Notes: a model not told the origin generated them from the letters alone. DNA of 63,056 nt, filler included, from Sluysia triapertura (GCA_046118255.1; 4 parts of 4 records of this genome joined end to end with filler, not necessarily neighbours in it), one strand, 5' to 3'. Positions 40,760 to 54,995 are shown, counted from the whole stretch's first letter. Program-made: numbers and translations.

Positions 40760-41584
40760 TGTTAGGTTGCAATCACAACCCCCTAAAATTATGAGAAATA
40801 TTATTAAAATTTCTTTTAAATCACTCAAAAAATATTTTAGAGTTTCCGAATATCCAAAAAACATTTATTTTCCAAAAAGAAAATAGAATCTAAAAAGGAA
40901 TATTTGCTTCTATAAATAGAATAGAAGCTTCTAGAATGTTCTAGAACATTCCATCGATTTTCATTGGCTGATGACTAGTATATAAACTAACATCAGTTTA
41001 ATGAAAATCACCTTTTTTGTAAAACACTATATTGCAATTTCAATTTGGAAAAGTAGTCATTGTTATATTGTATTTCTGAGGACAGTTGTTTCAAAATTAG
41101 TACAAGGAGATTATCAATCGTGCATTCAGGGATCTTTAAAGGAGAATTCTGTTCAATTCCATGTCATTATTAAGTTATTTTTTATAAGGAGATATTAATC
41201 TTGATCAATAAGACTAATATCATAAAAATTTTAAACTTCTAAAGAAAAAATAAGGTTCCCCAGATATATTGAGAGGAAAAATACACGTAAATTCATTTTT
41301 ATCATAAATTACAGACTGAAAAGACAGTTTTAACTTTAGTAATTATAATTTCATTGAATTTTATTTGTTTTTCATAATCTTTGTAATTTTATCTTTTGTT
41401 GTTAGTTGAATTTATTAATTAATAAAGTTTTTAATTGTTAAATTGACGTTGTGTTTACATTATAGACCCTTAAGTATTAAATTGATTGTAAGATCCAAGA
41501 TTGTAAGATTAGATTTAAGATAGTCGCTAATTTATCAAGTTACAGAAACGCCGTTACGCCTTGTAAGACGTTTACTGTAACTCA
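40760..41584 (+). mobile_element. LTR of an LTR retrotransposon (second family)
   Basis: It starts TGTTAGGTTG, has ATTGG/TATATAA promoter motifs at ~40962-40986 and AATAAA at ~41421, and ends GTAACTCA followed by aaaTGG. Related copies lie at 51523+, 49620-49827 (-) and 47735-47789 (3' end). Confidence 0.65.
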
Positions 41585-42728
41585 AAATGGATGGGAAACC
41601 ATCATAGAGAGTCATTTACACAATACTTAATATTTTAATATCACATATGACCAAACCATCGCATATAGTCAGATATGTAATATGTATCTTATATTTTAAT
41701 GAAAAAATGAGCCTTAGGTCTAATAAACAGATAAAAAGTTGGGATAATTAAGTTTAACTAACAAAACTACCATTAAAATATAGTTCCCAATTACGATGAA
41801 ATTACTCTTGGATTCGATTAACGACGGACACTTACTATATGATTTACCTAAACTTATATTTGAATTTGTAGCGTGAGATATATTCATAGAATTTTTATAG
41901 TGCTTAAGTTTCCTTGTAGGTCTATTATCTGAATCGTTTTCGTATCTATTATAACAAGTATTCTGGCAATCGGCCAAAATTCGTATATCATGTAATTCAA
42001 TTTTACGTATTATCCAAATTGCAAGATATAAACCAGTAAAAGACATGTTTGTTCGCCTCTGTTTCAACTCGACACCAGTTCATTATGCATCATATTATTT
42101 GAATGTAAATCAGATTAATTTTATTTATTAGTATAATGGCATAAATGTTGTTTTGATTTGATGCTAAAGATATTTGAGGCCTGATATTTCTTAGTACGTA
42201 ATCTATTGCAGTACTTTTCGCATTCGACACACAAGATAAGTAAATGAATATCAAAATTGTTGACTTTAATTGTTCCATTTACCACTTTCCATAAATAAAC
42301 GGTGTTTGATTATTTCTAGCGTATTCATAAATCGGAGGTGGAAATATTGGCAGACTCAGTGGAGAAGCATAATCATTTCGGTATAGAATTGTATATGGAT
42401 CATGGTCATCGTTATTATTATGAGGTAGACATAGATATTTGAGACAAACATAATAATAGTTAGTACTATTATAGCAACAGCAATTACAAACAATTTATTT
42501 CATATAGTTGTTCTTTTTGCCTTTTAGATAAATTTTTATTAGTGATTTGAATTTCTCCACAATCTTCTTCTTGTAAATCACGTTGTAATTTTATTAAATT
42601 ATTACTTGCTTTGTCCATTATTGTGTTAATATATGTTGATGTTTCACAATAATCTGTAAATAACCATTTATTGTCATTCGCATAGTTTATAATTCAAACA
42701 GATATTTTCCTTCGCAATTATTACAAAT

Positions 42729-45700
42729 TCAACTTTCTATACCTATATCTAGTTTTTCTTGGTTGATTTCCGAAACTATGAACATAATTCGGCCAATTAA
42801 TGAACTATTTGTTCTTGCTAGCATTATATACTCCGTCCTACTTAATAACCATAATGGTTCATCTACATAAACGTCTTCATCATCAATAGCTCTTTTCGAA
42901 TTACTATCCATCAATTTAACTCTATCAAAATCCAGTTTAAGTCCTTTTATCTGAGATAATATATCCATTCCTAGTATCATGTTTTTAGGGCATTTTTTCA
43001 TTACTCTTAATTTTAATTCAATTTTATTTTGTCCTATTTCACACATAGCTTTCATCACACTAACTATATGTATAGCATCTCCAGTGACACCTGAAATGAA
43101 AGTAATGATCCGCGAGATTTTTCAGTTCTCCTTCTGTTAATTTAGTTTCGTTAATTAATGAAGCCACTTGTTCTGTATTTATTTTGATGTTTACCATCGG
43201 TCTCTTGGAATTATTGTAATTGTTATTTGCACATATTATCATATATATTACATTCGGTATCGGTGATGTCGGTGCAATATGATAAATTTGTTCCCTTTGC
43301 GTTCTTTTTAGACTTTCTTTTAATTTTTCAATTTCTTCATTTTCATTGTTATGTATTGTTTGTAACAATACTTTTTCGGTTTCACTTCGTCTTATTTCTT
43401 TCCTTAATTCGTTCATTTGTGAATTCGCATGGTGGTGCAAAAGATATTTTGCCGAAATTTCCATGTAAATCCTGAAATTTTGTAAATTACTACAACAGAG
43501 AAGATTTGAGATATAATTAGTGCGATTACCTTAATTATTATATAAATACCAATTAATCCAGAAAAAGCTTGACTTAATATTAAAAAACTACCCCAAATTT
43601 GTTTTAATGTGTTTTGGGCAGCTTTTTTAAAGTGATTTGGCCCTAATAACAATTCGAAATTTATTCTTCCATCTTTTTCAACTGTTGCTTTATCCACTAT
43701 ATCTGTTAACACTTTATTGGAAATAGTATTTCTTGACAGGTTGCTTATATAAATTCCTTTTTATAAATACCAGAATGCGGTATTTTCTTTGTAGGTAAAA
43801 TTTTTAGTTTCCATTTCTGCTCGGTTAATCCTATAAATTCAGGTACTTTGACTTGAGTCCTATGTAAAACGAAATAAATAAGTTTTTGTTATTTCTATAT
43901 TATCACAAAAAGCATATTATTTGTTGAATTGCCTTTTCTTGGTATCGCCGTATTTAATATATTAAAATTACCAAATAAGTTTAAGAATAAATTGAGTGGC
44001 TATTCAAAATTCTGACTTTATTTTCCTTTCATTATGTTTCTCCATCCTCCTTTTTCTTCGATCCACAATTTGGTTTTCTTATTTACGAAATCCACAATTT
44101 TATCTATCTTAGTGGTTGTTATTGACTTTGATTTGTTACATTGAAATATAGTATGCGCTATAATTATTTTGAATCTTTTTTTATTTATACCTTTATTAAG
44201 TTGTTCGTTAATTATTAATTTGTAATGTCAATTTCCTATAAAAATACTAACGCCATTATCTTTATGCTTTTGCTCTAGTTATTTTATTAATCTTTTAATT
44301 TAGGTAACAATTTTTTACACTTCTTAAAATTAGTAAACGTATTAGGTAGTAACGCATAAATTACATTTTTTGTATCTAACTCTATCTTTTCTTCTTCATT
44401 CTCATCTATTATAATAGTTAAATCTATAATGTTTTTACGAACGGGATTACGTGTTATTAATATATCTTCGTTTTTTCTTAGGCTAACAGGCCGTCTTTTA
44501 ATAGAATTATTTTTCCTGTCACTAGTTTCAATGTGTGGATTTCTATTTAGATCCACTATATAATCAGGATCCTCTATTGTATCATTATTTTTCATAACTT
44601 CATTATCATTTTTATCCATTAATTGTCTCAAAAATGATTGTGGGTTAACATTAACTTCATCATCAGATAGATTTTCTAACAAATTATTATCAAAGTCAGC
44701 AGTTTTGTAAGTAGTAATGTCCTTTACCATTTTTTTCATGGCTTCCCAATGGATAACCGTAATCATTAAAAAATCCGTAGGTATTAAATATCTATTATTA
44801 CAATATAGTTCCACATTCAATATTGATGGGTCATTAATTTTTATTATTTCAATAATATCTTGAAATTAATCTTTTAATCTTTTCTATTTCAGATCAGCCA
44901 TTTGCTTCTGCAGTGCTGTCGAATTCGAATAGAAAATCACATAATTCTTCATTTCCATTGAATTTGCGAGTCTCCGGGAGAATAACTGCGGGTTTTATAC
45001 TAAAAGAAAGTTGCCTTAAGCAATCTCTTAAATCATCAACTGTTTCTGCCTTATTTTTCTTACTTTTCTTAGTCTTAATCTTAATATTTTCTAATGAATT
45101 AATTCTAAGTAATCTGCTTCTATTTTTTATCAATTCTTAAAAGAATGTGTCAAATCTAGCAACGAAATGCAAAGATTATGTCAAATCTAAAAAAACCAGC
45201 AGAAAAATTCACTTAAACACTTTAAAACTTGGATAGTTTCAGCAATACTTAAATTCTGTTACTTATTCCTAACTTAGCTTAAACTTTTATTTATTTAATG
45301 TCAGTGCACATGCCAATTCGGGCACCAAATTATTGTTAGAAAAATCCTACTTAACAATTATGAAATTTATTATTATCAACAGGGTTCGTCTGTATATTGC
45401 AGTTTATGTCTTAGAGAGGACAAAATTACAGATACTGACTTTTAAAATATTTTCTCTGTAGTAATTGAAGCTTCCCTACACCAATAAGGCTAAGAATTTT
45501 ATCAAAGAATCGCAAATACTTTTTGTAATACAATCAATTATTCATTTAACTCGATATCGTAACTGATGATGTTTTGATTATGATTATTTTATATTATCCT
45601 AAAAATCTCGATTTATCTTTATTTTTAGAAATATCTTTAAAACGTTTGAACCTTTTAAACTTATGCTTTTCTATTAACGTTAATATTAGTTTAAACTCGT

Positions 45701-45801
45701 TGATTTCTCTTTATTCTTTAATGTTTTATTAAAAATACTTATTAGATCTGATAGTTTAAATTTATCTTTTGAATTCTTAAAACTATAAACAATTTACAAC
45801 A
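42729..45801 (-). mobile_element. Rearranged, degenerate Gypsy-like LTR retroelement with gag, protease and env-like remnants
   Basis: A putative 5' LTR spans 45801-45334 (TGTTG...TAACA), followed by the PBS-like TGGTGCCCGAA at 45327 (compare tRNA-Lys PBS TGGCGCCCGAA). Gag-like KFNGNEELCDFLFEFDSTAEANG, protease-like RPMVNIKINTEQVASLI and NMILGMDIL, and an env-like TM segment at 43413-43712 follow. Confidence 0.75.
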
Positions 45802-47901
45802 ATTAATTCTATTGTTATGTAATTTTTGTCGTACCAGTTTTTATTATTCATTATGTAATGTATATTTTAGCTAAAATTTACGATAAGAAAATGATATTTA
45901 TTGGTTTTATATGGATTTTTAATTTTGTCTATTATTTAGACGAAGACTTTTAAATTATTGCACCTCATCCACCATATACTGTACAATGGAGTTATTTAGG
46001 TATGATACATTTAGGAGTAAAATCACAATATGGATTTTTTGAATAATGCACAAGTAACTTTTTTCCTACCGGATTTATGTTGCGGATTTGTAAAACTATA
46101 ATTTATTTTAATCATTCAATACTCAAGAAAAACGGAATCTGTAGAATCTTTGCTAAAACAACATAATGTTAATATTGTTAATATTCTTATGTAAATATTA
46201 GAAGATAGTATTCTTAGGTATAATTGGTTTACTTATAATCCAGTATTAGCCGAAGAGATGATAAAGAATTTATCTAGTAGTGGTGTTATGAAATCATTGC
46301 AATTGTTTTTTTCTTTGGTTTATTACAACTGTCCACTATTATCCACGTGATCAAATACCTTTACCAGATTTAGAAACTGTACTTGATATTATGCGTGCTA
46401 CTTACATTATTTTAATTTATGACAATTTACGAGAAATGGGTCAAAATATCCTATATGTCCTGATGCATGTGAAAAAGGGCTTGGCTTATGTTCCATATGT
46501 GTCTGCTGAACTGTGTTTTCGAGATAAATTGAGATTATGTGATAGAAATTATTATTGTCGTAAAGAAAGTCTTAAGTAGAATATTTATNNNNNNNNNNNN
46601 NNNNNNNNNNNNNNNNNNNNNNNNNNNNNNNNNNNNNNNNNNNNNNNNNNNNNNNNNNNNNNNNNNNNNNNNNNNNNNNNNNNNNNNNNNNNNNNNNNNN
46701 NNNNNNNNNNNNNNNNAATTTGTAATACTTAAAAGTGTAATGAGTTCACCTACGATCCTAGGCTTATGCACTTAGTCCATAGGATTACAATAAAAGTGAG
46801 TAAATCGGAGGTCAAATAGTAAATTAGATTAAGTATTTATTATTAAAAAAGGATAGGTTGTAGAATGCTAGCTACTTAATATTCTTGAAAATCAATGATA
46901 CTGCGGACTGACCAAAATAACACCTTACAAGTATTAATTATGTGCTAATGGATATGTGGAAAATAAATGTTGCAGAGATATTTAATTTCCGCTTCCTTTC
47001 AAGCGATATTATTAAAAAATGATTTTATGTAAGATTGCAATTTAAAGGAGATCTTGATAAATTGAAATTTATGCTGAATATTATACTCGATCTTTTAATA
47101 AATCAAACGACATAGAAGAAACGAAAGGTTTCTTCTCTTATTCACTTTCAAAGATTTTGTCTGTCTAACTAATGACGAATTATCAACAAACTATTTAGAT
47201 ATATTAGGCAGATAATATTACTAATATGAATACAAAGGTTTATTAATATATTAACTTATTAATAATAATTAACGTTGAAAAAATAATTTAATTATTATTT
47301 ACTAAATTATCGACTCTAATTGTGAAAATTTACCTTTCCAAAAATTAAATAATTTATTTTGATCTCAACCAATTTAAACAGTTGAAGAATTATAAATAAA
47401 ATTTAAGTGGAATTTATTGTATTTTTAAAGTGTGAAGAAAACTTATAAATTTTTTAAACTAACGATCACTTCACTTAAAGAAAATTCTTTGTTATGTCCA
47501 AGATTATTTTTGAATGATCAGCAGATTATCCATTTTATTGTAATTTTGTTTTAGAACTTTTTAAATAATAGTAATTTTAAGAATTTTTTATAGTATTTAT
47601 AATATTTATAATTTTTTAATAAATACACAAATTATAAAAATACATAAAATGTAAAATAATAAAATAGAAATAATTTTATATAAAAATATCAATATAAATT
47701 CTTATATACAACCTTTACAGAATTAAGGTAGTTTTTAACTTATCAAGTTGCAGAAACGCCAACTATACGTTGTAAGACGTTTAGTGTCAAAAAATATTTT
47801 GTCATAGGTTAGGTATTAGAAAAACTACAGCACATTAAAATATGCTTAATATTACTATTATTTTTATATTAAATTTTAAAGGCAAATAAAACTTAATTAA
47901 T

Positions 47902-48001
47902 NNNNNNNNNNNNNNNNNNNNNNNNNNNNNNNNNNNNNNNNNNNNTTAATTAATTAANNNNNNNNNNNNNNNNNNNNNNNNNNNNNNNNNNNNNNNNNNN
48001 N
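47902..48001. other. Artificial scaffold spacer
   Basis: 44 N + TTAATTAATTAA + 44 N. Confidence 0.97.
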
Positions 48002-49124
48002 TGATTCTTGTTTCAACGATATTCATAATACTTCATCTATTACTTCTCATCACTTCTTTCTTTTATTTATAATTCTATATGTCTTCTAGTCGTCTCCTAA
48101 TTCAGAGTTGGGCAATCCCAACATTTATAATATTATATGATATATTCAAGTTTATATTGCAAGATTTGTTTGCGTAGAATAAAAACTTAAAAACTTATGT
48201 GAGTCCACCAACCTATTGGACTTACGAACCTAATGGCCAACCGTTGGATTTTTATCACTGAAAATTGATTTTAATAGTTTAATTTAATAATTTAATAATT
48301 TAATGAAAGAGATTTTAAGGGGCTGATTTAGATTTTATGGATTTTAAGATTTTAAAAATAATAGAATTGATTTTGCTGAGGTTTGATTATACAAACCTTT
48401 TCTAAAATAAATAGTTTAATAAGGTTCAGAGAAAATGAACCTGTCAGTTAATTTTACTAGGATTCGCCAAGGAACCCGATTAAATTATTATAATAAATGT
48501 TTAAACTCACAAAAAATTTTTATTAATATACAAATTTAATATGACACATTTAAAAATAATATAATACAATGAATATAATAAAAATGATATATTAAAATAG
48601 ATTATTCTGCGAATAATCCCAAAGATAAATTTTTTCTTAAAAAGTTATTTTACTCTGCTATCGATAAATGATAGCGATTCAATTTAAAATGTAGTTTACG
48701 TAGAAGTTTAGAAAAGCAATGTGAAAAGTTGCAATAATCCTATACTAAAAAACTAACGATATATATCCTGATACAGAAATTCAGAGTAAAATGAAATTGT
48801 TCCCACGAATACGAATAGTAGTTCTTCCAAGTAAATAATCGTAAAATTACACGAATCGAGATGAATTCTTCAAAAAACGCTTTGAATGAAAAATATAAAA
48901 ATTAAGCTTGTCAAATTGTGAGAGTGTTGTTAAAATAATGCTACCTTATATAGATTTTCTGAAAGCGACCTTCAAAGGTTAAAACAAAGGATTTTAACAG
49001 AGAATTATTATTTCTATAAATTTAATATTAACCTCTTATAAAATTAGTATTAATTTTTTAATTTTAATAATATTTTTAATAAATAAATAAAATAATAAAA
49101 CTAACTTGGGTGACAAAGTTAAAT

Positions 49125-49270
49125 TAGTATTTCCAATATTATTAAAGTTTCCAATAATTTAATTATTTAAATTAATATTTCCAATGATATTAAAGTTTTC
49201 AATTATTTAAATTAATATTTCCAATGATATTAAAGTTTCCAATAATTTAATTATTTAAAATTTCCGATAA
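49125..49270. repeat. Imperfect minisatellite (~41-49 bp units)
   Basis: The unit tatttccaatgatattaaagtttccaataatttaattatttaaattaa is repeated about three times. Confidence 0.75.
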
Positions 49271-49619
49271 TTATAAAACTAAAACTTTAAAATCTGAAAC
49301 TAAAATTTCAATATTACAATATTATTTGAATTTTTAAAATCTGACCTTTGTGTATATTTACAAATTTGAATTTATTTACATTTAACAAATTTGACTTTAT
49401 TGTGTATTTACAATTTTATTAAAATACAAAATGTTTAAAGAACAAGATGGATAACTAAAAAATTCAACAGAATATTTAATTTATTAATATATCTTAGTTT
49501 CAAATATTAAACAATAATTTAAACAATTTAAGTTAATATTATTATTTTTACCTACTCGAGGAAGATAAAAACATGTAAGATGGCGAATTGAAATACAAAA
49601 TTACAAGTGTAAAAGTGGC

Positions 49620-49827
49620 GAATTAGTGAAATTGATGCTAGTTTATATACTAGTCATCAACCAATAGCAATTGATAGAATGTCTTTTCTAATTTAGTAAG
49701 TAATTTTCTTTTTTAGAAATTAAGTTTCTTTTTTAAGTTATTTTATAGAAAAATGAGGTTAATTTAGTGCAGTAAATTGTTTTTAAGTGTTTTGAAATTT
49801 TAAAAGGGTTGTGATGACAACGTAACA
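49620..49827 (-). mobile_element. Partial LTR, same family as 40760-41584
   Basis: The minus strand starts TGTTACGTTGTCATCACAACCC and contains attggttgatgactagtatataaactagcatca. Confidence 0.65.
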
Positions 49828-51258
49828 TATTTAAAAAATATTTAATTTATAACTATACATTATATACAAATTTGAAACGTCACTTACAATTTTAAAAATA
49901 TTTCTAAATTCTTAACTTTTTCAGCTGTTTGTAACGGCATTTAAAATTAATATTAACAATAATTTTAAAAATAATATATTATAAAAATTAAAAAAAATAT
50001 TTAATAATAATAATAATAACTACATTTTTTTCTTTAAATAAAGAAAACTTCTGTATCATAATGTCATTCTGATGATTTATCACCAATGCTGGCTGTTGAT
50101 AAAGTTGTATACATAAACATATAATAAAAGTTATAAACATTAATGACTATTTTAATTTTAACTGTTTTTGTATTAATGAATCAGATCATCATCCAATAAG
50201 ACAAAGTTTGAAATTAAAGAACCGTTTCATAAATGTTAAATTTGAAATCAATGCATTTAAGTTCACAAGCCCTCTTTAAAAACCACGAATATAATTTTAA
50301 TGTGTCTTAACGATGGGCATTAAAATATATTCCAAGGAATTAAAATAAATTCCTGAGTTATTGCTCTTAAGGTTGAAATAAACCTTAGGCATTCTTCCAA
50401 ACAGCGTAATGTTATTAAAACTCAATTGCATTAACGTAAAAATGCAAACAATTAAAATTTTGATTTAAATGAACTTCCATAAGAAAGTTGCAAATATTTA
50501 CAGTAATATCATAAAGCTAAACCTCAAATGTATATCGATATTAGAATTCAATTAAGGATTTATCGTGTTCTAGGTAAATCCTTTGTATATCATTCTGTAA
50601 CAACTTCCTTTATATACAGATCTTTTTATGCACATACTTATTAAACTTGTAGTGCAAAAAATAAACACCTCTCATTTATATAAGAGGATGACGTATTCTT
50701 TACAATCATAAAATTAAAAAATAACTAGGTAAATAATGTCTTTTAAGTTTGTAAGAGTGTTACTACAAGTGCCACAAAGTCATTTACTTAGACTGAAGCT
50801 GGATGTTTTAACCACAAAAATAAAATACCTTCGGTTTTTGTTTTCGCAACGTTTTGAGATTTTTCGTTACGTTAAATTCGTTATTTATATACACTGACTT
50901 AAATCGTCGCAAAATTTATAAAGTTTAACTTCTAATGATCGGTAGATTGTATGCAAGTCATACATAATGCACACTGTATGTAATATGAATAATAATGAAT
51001 AAATACTAGTGAATAATGGTTTAATTTCTGTTTAAGCTGAATTCGTCATTGCATATTAAAAGTAGTTTTTTGATTTAAAATTGATAATCGATGAAAATGT
51101 AAACTTCATGAAATGCAATGAAACAATTTACAGAACAGGATGAAAATGCAATAGAACTATTTTATCTAATTTATTTAAATGGTATAAACAAATTATTAAC
51201 TTCTATGTCTAAATCATGATATTGACAATAATTGTAACTAAAATAAAATTGTTTGTAG

Positions 51259-51435
51259 GCGGTCAAAACTATTCAACCAACAGTTCTTATTGGAGCATCT
51301 GCACAAACAGGAGCATTTAGTGATGATGTACTAAAAGCATTAGATAATAAATCTGATCCACCTCTAGTAATGGCTCTTAGCAATCCAACAACAAAAACAG
51401 AATGTACTGCTGAACAAGCATATAATGCTACAAAT
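51259..51435 (+). CDS. Internal exon of NAD(P)-dependent malic enzyme
   Basis: The acceptor is tttgtag| and the donor |GTTAGT. It encodes AVKTIQPTVLIGASAQTGAFSDDVLKAL..PLVMALSNPTTKTECTAEQAY, with the ALSNPT..ECTAE signature. Confidence 0.92.
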
Positions 51436-51522
51436 GTTAGTTTAATTTTTTTTATAAAAATCACATTGCAAATGTCTAAGACACATTATCAAATCATTAG
51501 TTATGGGTTTATTGACAGCTTT

Positions 51523-52020
51523 TGTTAGGTCGACATCACAATCCTTTAAACTCTTAAAAGTTAAAATTGTTTTCGAATAAAGAAATTAATTTTCCAAAAA
51601 GTAAAATAACATTTTCTAAGAGAGAAATCGAAAATTCTATAATTTTCGTGAAATTTCATTGATTTTGATTAGCTGATGATTATTATATATACTGGCATCA
51701 GTTTAGTTTAAATCAAAATTTAATAAAACAAGTTGATAACATGATTCAATTTAGCTATTAGAATTTTGTTTGATCAGCAAGGATTTACAATCGTTTTTAT
51801 ACTTTAGTAAGTTATTTTTTTGTAAGGTAATTTTTTTAATATTCGAGTGCGAATTGTAAAATCTAAATTGTAATTGTTCCCGATATAATGGGGGTAAAAT
51901 CTAATTTAAAATACTAAAGATTGCAAATTAAATGTCCAAAAGCAACTTTAATTTTAAAATTAAAAAAGTTATTTGTCTGTTACTGTTATAATTATGGACC
52001 TTTGTACTTAGTATTTTTTT
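51523..52020 (+). mobile_element. Partial LTR, same family as 40760-41584
   Basis: It starts TGTTAGGTCGACATCACAATCC and contains the block gctgatgattattatatatactggcatcagttta. Confidence 0.65.
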
Positions 52021-52664
52021 TGATCAAATAAATATATCATTAGCGTGCTTTTTATTGACTGGGTGTGGTAGATAAAAACAGTAGTAAGAAAAATCATCTA
52101 CTTGAAGTAAATAAGTATTATGTCGAGGTTAGTTTTTAAAACTTTCGTTATTAGTTTATTTAAATTCAATGAAATTATTTCTTTATAAATTATCAATTCA
52201 TTAAAATTTGATAAAACTATTTTTTTATTAGGTTGAAGAAACTTGTTATTAACTGATATTGTTTACAATCTATTAATTTATTATTATGATATTAGTGCTT
52301 AAGGCACTTGAGATGCTTTGTATTAAACTCTTGAGAGCAAAAAATATAGTAAAAAGCTACAATGATTTTATTGACATAAAACTTCAGTACATCTACAAAT
52401 GTTTTATTAAAATATAAAATTTTGTCAAAAGGAAGAACCTTACATGGACAATAATCTCCGTGCCGGTAAAATCCGTCATGCTGCTCCTCACACATGCCAC
52501 CATAATCCGGCCGTAGCACCACACGATGGGCCACTGTGGCTACGTACTTTCCAACTTCGCATAGATCTTTATCATAGTATCCTTCAAACCTGTGTTGCCT
52601 GCCCAGCATCAAAACGAGAAATGAACAAGGATTGAATCGTTTGCCATCGTGGCGTTTGTTTAAC

Positions 52665-52915
52665 AGTAAAAAGGTAAATAAACAACAACTAAATCGTTTA
52701 CTGCTAGATCTTTTAAAATCATGACGTTTATATAGTAAAAAGATAATTAAACATTGATTAGATAGTTTATTGTTCGTTGAAGCATGTAAAGGATTTAAAT
52801 CATAACGTTTATTTAGTAAAAAGATAATCAAACATTGATTAGATAGTTTATCGTTCGTTAAAACATATAAAGGATCTAGATCATAATGTTTATATAGTAA
52901 AAAGGTAATTAAACT
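52665..52915. repeat. ~75-bp tandem repeats (2 clear units plus degenerate partial ones)
   Basis: The unit tagtaaaaagataatYaaacattgattagatagtttatYgttcgtt repeats, and is also visible as KLSNQCLIIFLL twice in the ORF track. Confidence 0.85.
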
Positions 52916-54995
52916 TTGTGTTATAAATATCAATATGTTTAAAATATCTAGTTACAAAACATTAATTGCGTAGGGAAATGCACCATACTGAGGAATAACA
53001 AGTACCTTTATGGAAATTATTGAGGGTTGTTACTATTTGTTTCTCTTGCTATAACTTGTTGTGCATGTAACATTTATTTAGTCATGCTTCAAACTATTAA
53101 AGATTTGAGTCATTATTTTATTTTCCACGCAATGATTTGTTGCACATATGATATTTTACTCAATCATACTTTAAATTATTAGAGATAAGCCATTACTTTA
53201 TTTTCTGGCACTAATTTGTTCCAAATGTAATGTTACGTTCTTAATTAACACATTTTACTTACGAGATTTTTTTATATAATATGGATTGAGCCATACGTTC
53301 AATTCGAGATTTAGTTAAGCCGTCAGGTATCAAAATTGATTGTATTAAATCCTCATAGAATTTCGATATGCAAAACTTTAAGATTTACAATAATAAATAC
53401 AAATAAAAGAGTAGTGTTGTAGTGATGATGAGGTGGCAATAGGCGTTACGTATAAGAAAATGTTAATAAAGGATTTTGATAAAAAAAATTTAATAAAAAA
53501 GATTTTATTAGGCGTTTGTGATTTGTGGGAGATAAAGATGTGATACTGGAGATGTAAATGTATTTTATTTCGATATGATTTGTGTTTGTGATGTAATTGA
53601 TGTAATTGATGGTGATGATGGATGAGGTGTATGATATATGTTGAAGCGTGACACCACAATCCCAATATGATGTACATGCATTGCTAATTTTACTTTATTT
53701 TGTCATGAAATCTAATTTAATAAATAAATAATAATAATATAAATAAATAATAAATAAAATAGTAATTTTATTAGTTCATTTTTTTGATTTTTGGGAAAAT
53801 CCCTGCCCAAGTTAATAGAATTTTATAACTATTAATTTTTATTAAGATCTTTATGAATTTAGCACTAGAAGGGCCGGAACTTTTAATACTTTTAATTGGC
53901 TGGTACTTTCAGAAGTGTGTTGGAATTAAGGTTATGACATCATCGTCATTTTTTTCATAATTTTCCCATGTAAACTCCGGTGATGACATTATTCAAATAT
54001 GTCATTTGCGTCAATTGACGCATGTGGTCCTTATGATGTTAAATTAGTCCATTTGTGATAGGCTAAATTATTAAACTGAGTTTTTTGAGGTATTAAAATT
54101 TTAAATTTATCTGTAGTGATTTCCTTATAGTGTAAAGTTTTATTTATTCATTTTGAAAATTATCAGCCTCGGTTGTAGATGTAACGATAAAATATTAGCG
54201 TCCATTCACTTGATTTCTGAAATATAATTTTTGAATTTATAATTCAATATAATAAGTTACTGTTAATACTGAATTTCAGTTTTTTTGTGATTTCTTGGTA
54301 ATTGATTTGGTAAGTGTTACATTGTAATTACAGATAATTACAAATACAAAATAAGTTTATCAATATTGGAAGATTAATACAGTAAGAATTTTAGATTTAA
54401 TTTAACTAAAGGTGCAACAATATTTAAAATCTTTTCATTAATTATCTAATGTTATATTTTATATAACAACTTAAACTTTTCATTAATTAAACTTTTAATT
54501 TAATTAAACTTTTAGTTAATTTTTAATACCTCTTGACTTTAAAAGTATAACTTTATTCTCGTTATAAACTTGTAAAATTTTTACTATTTGATAAAAGATG
54601 CATTATTTACCGTGATACTACTAGATTATCACCTTATTCCATTACTGGAGAATTTTCGAACAGCTATTCATATTCGTCATCGAATTTCATTTATCTGTCA
54701 AAAAGTTTTTGTACATTTTTATTATATAAGTCTTTTACCTTATTTAAGTAAGGTACAAAATTATTTGGTAATTATTTTGGCGCTGGTATATCCAGTCAAA
54801 TTCATTTTTCAAAATCATCTTTAGAATTAATTAGATTTAAAAACTTTAATGAAGTAAAATATTATTTTTAAATTTAATTTGTAAACGTTTTAACTCATTG
54901 ATTTATTTATGCAATGGTTTTAATTGAAAACTTGATTTGTTTCCAAGCTGTGCAAATGTTTTGCCTTTTAGAGTTCACCTACGATCTACAATTTA

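Noticed and set aside
40960-41000. CTGATGA as a hammerhead ribozyme core in LTRs (also 51674)
   Set aside because: There is no properly placed GAAA or stem II. The segment fits a CCAAT/TATA promoter region.
49125-49270. CRISPR-like repeat array (also 52665-52915)
   Set aside because: The units are tandem without unique spacers, and the context is eukaryotic with no cas genes.
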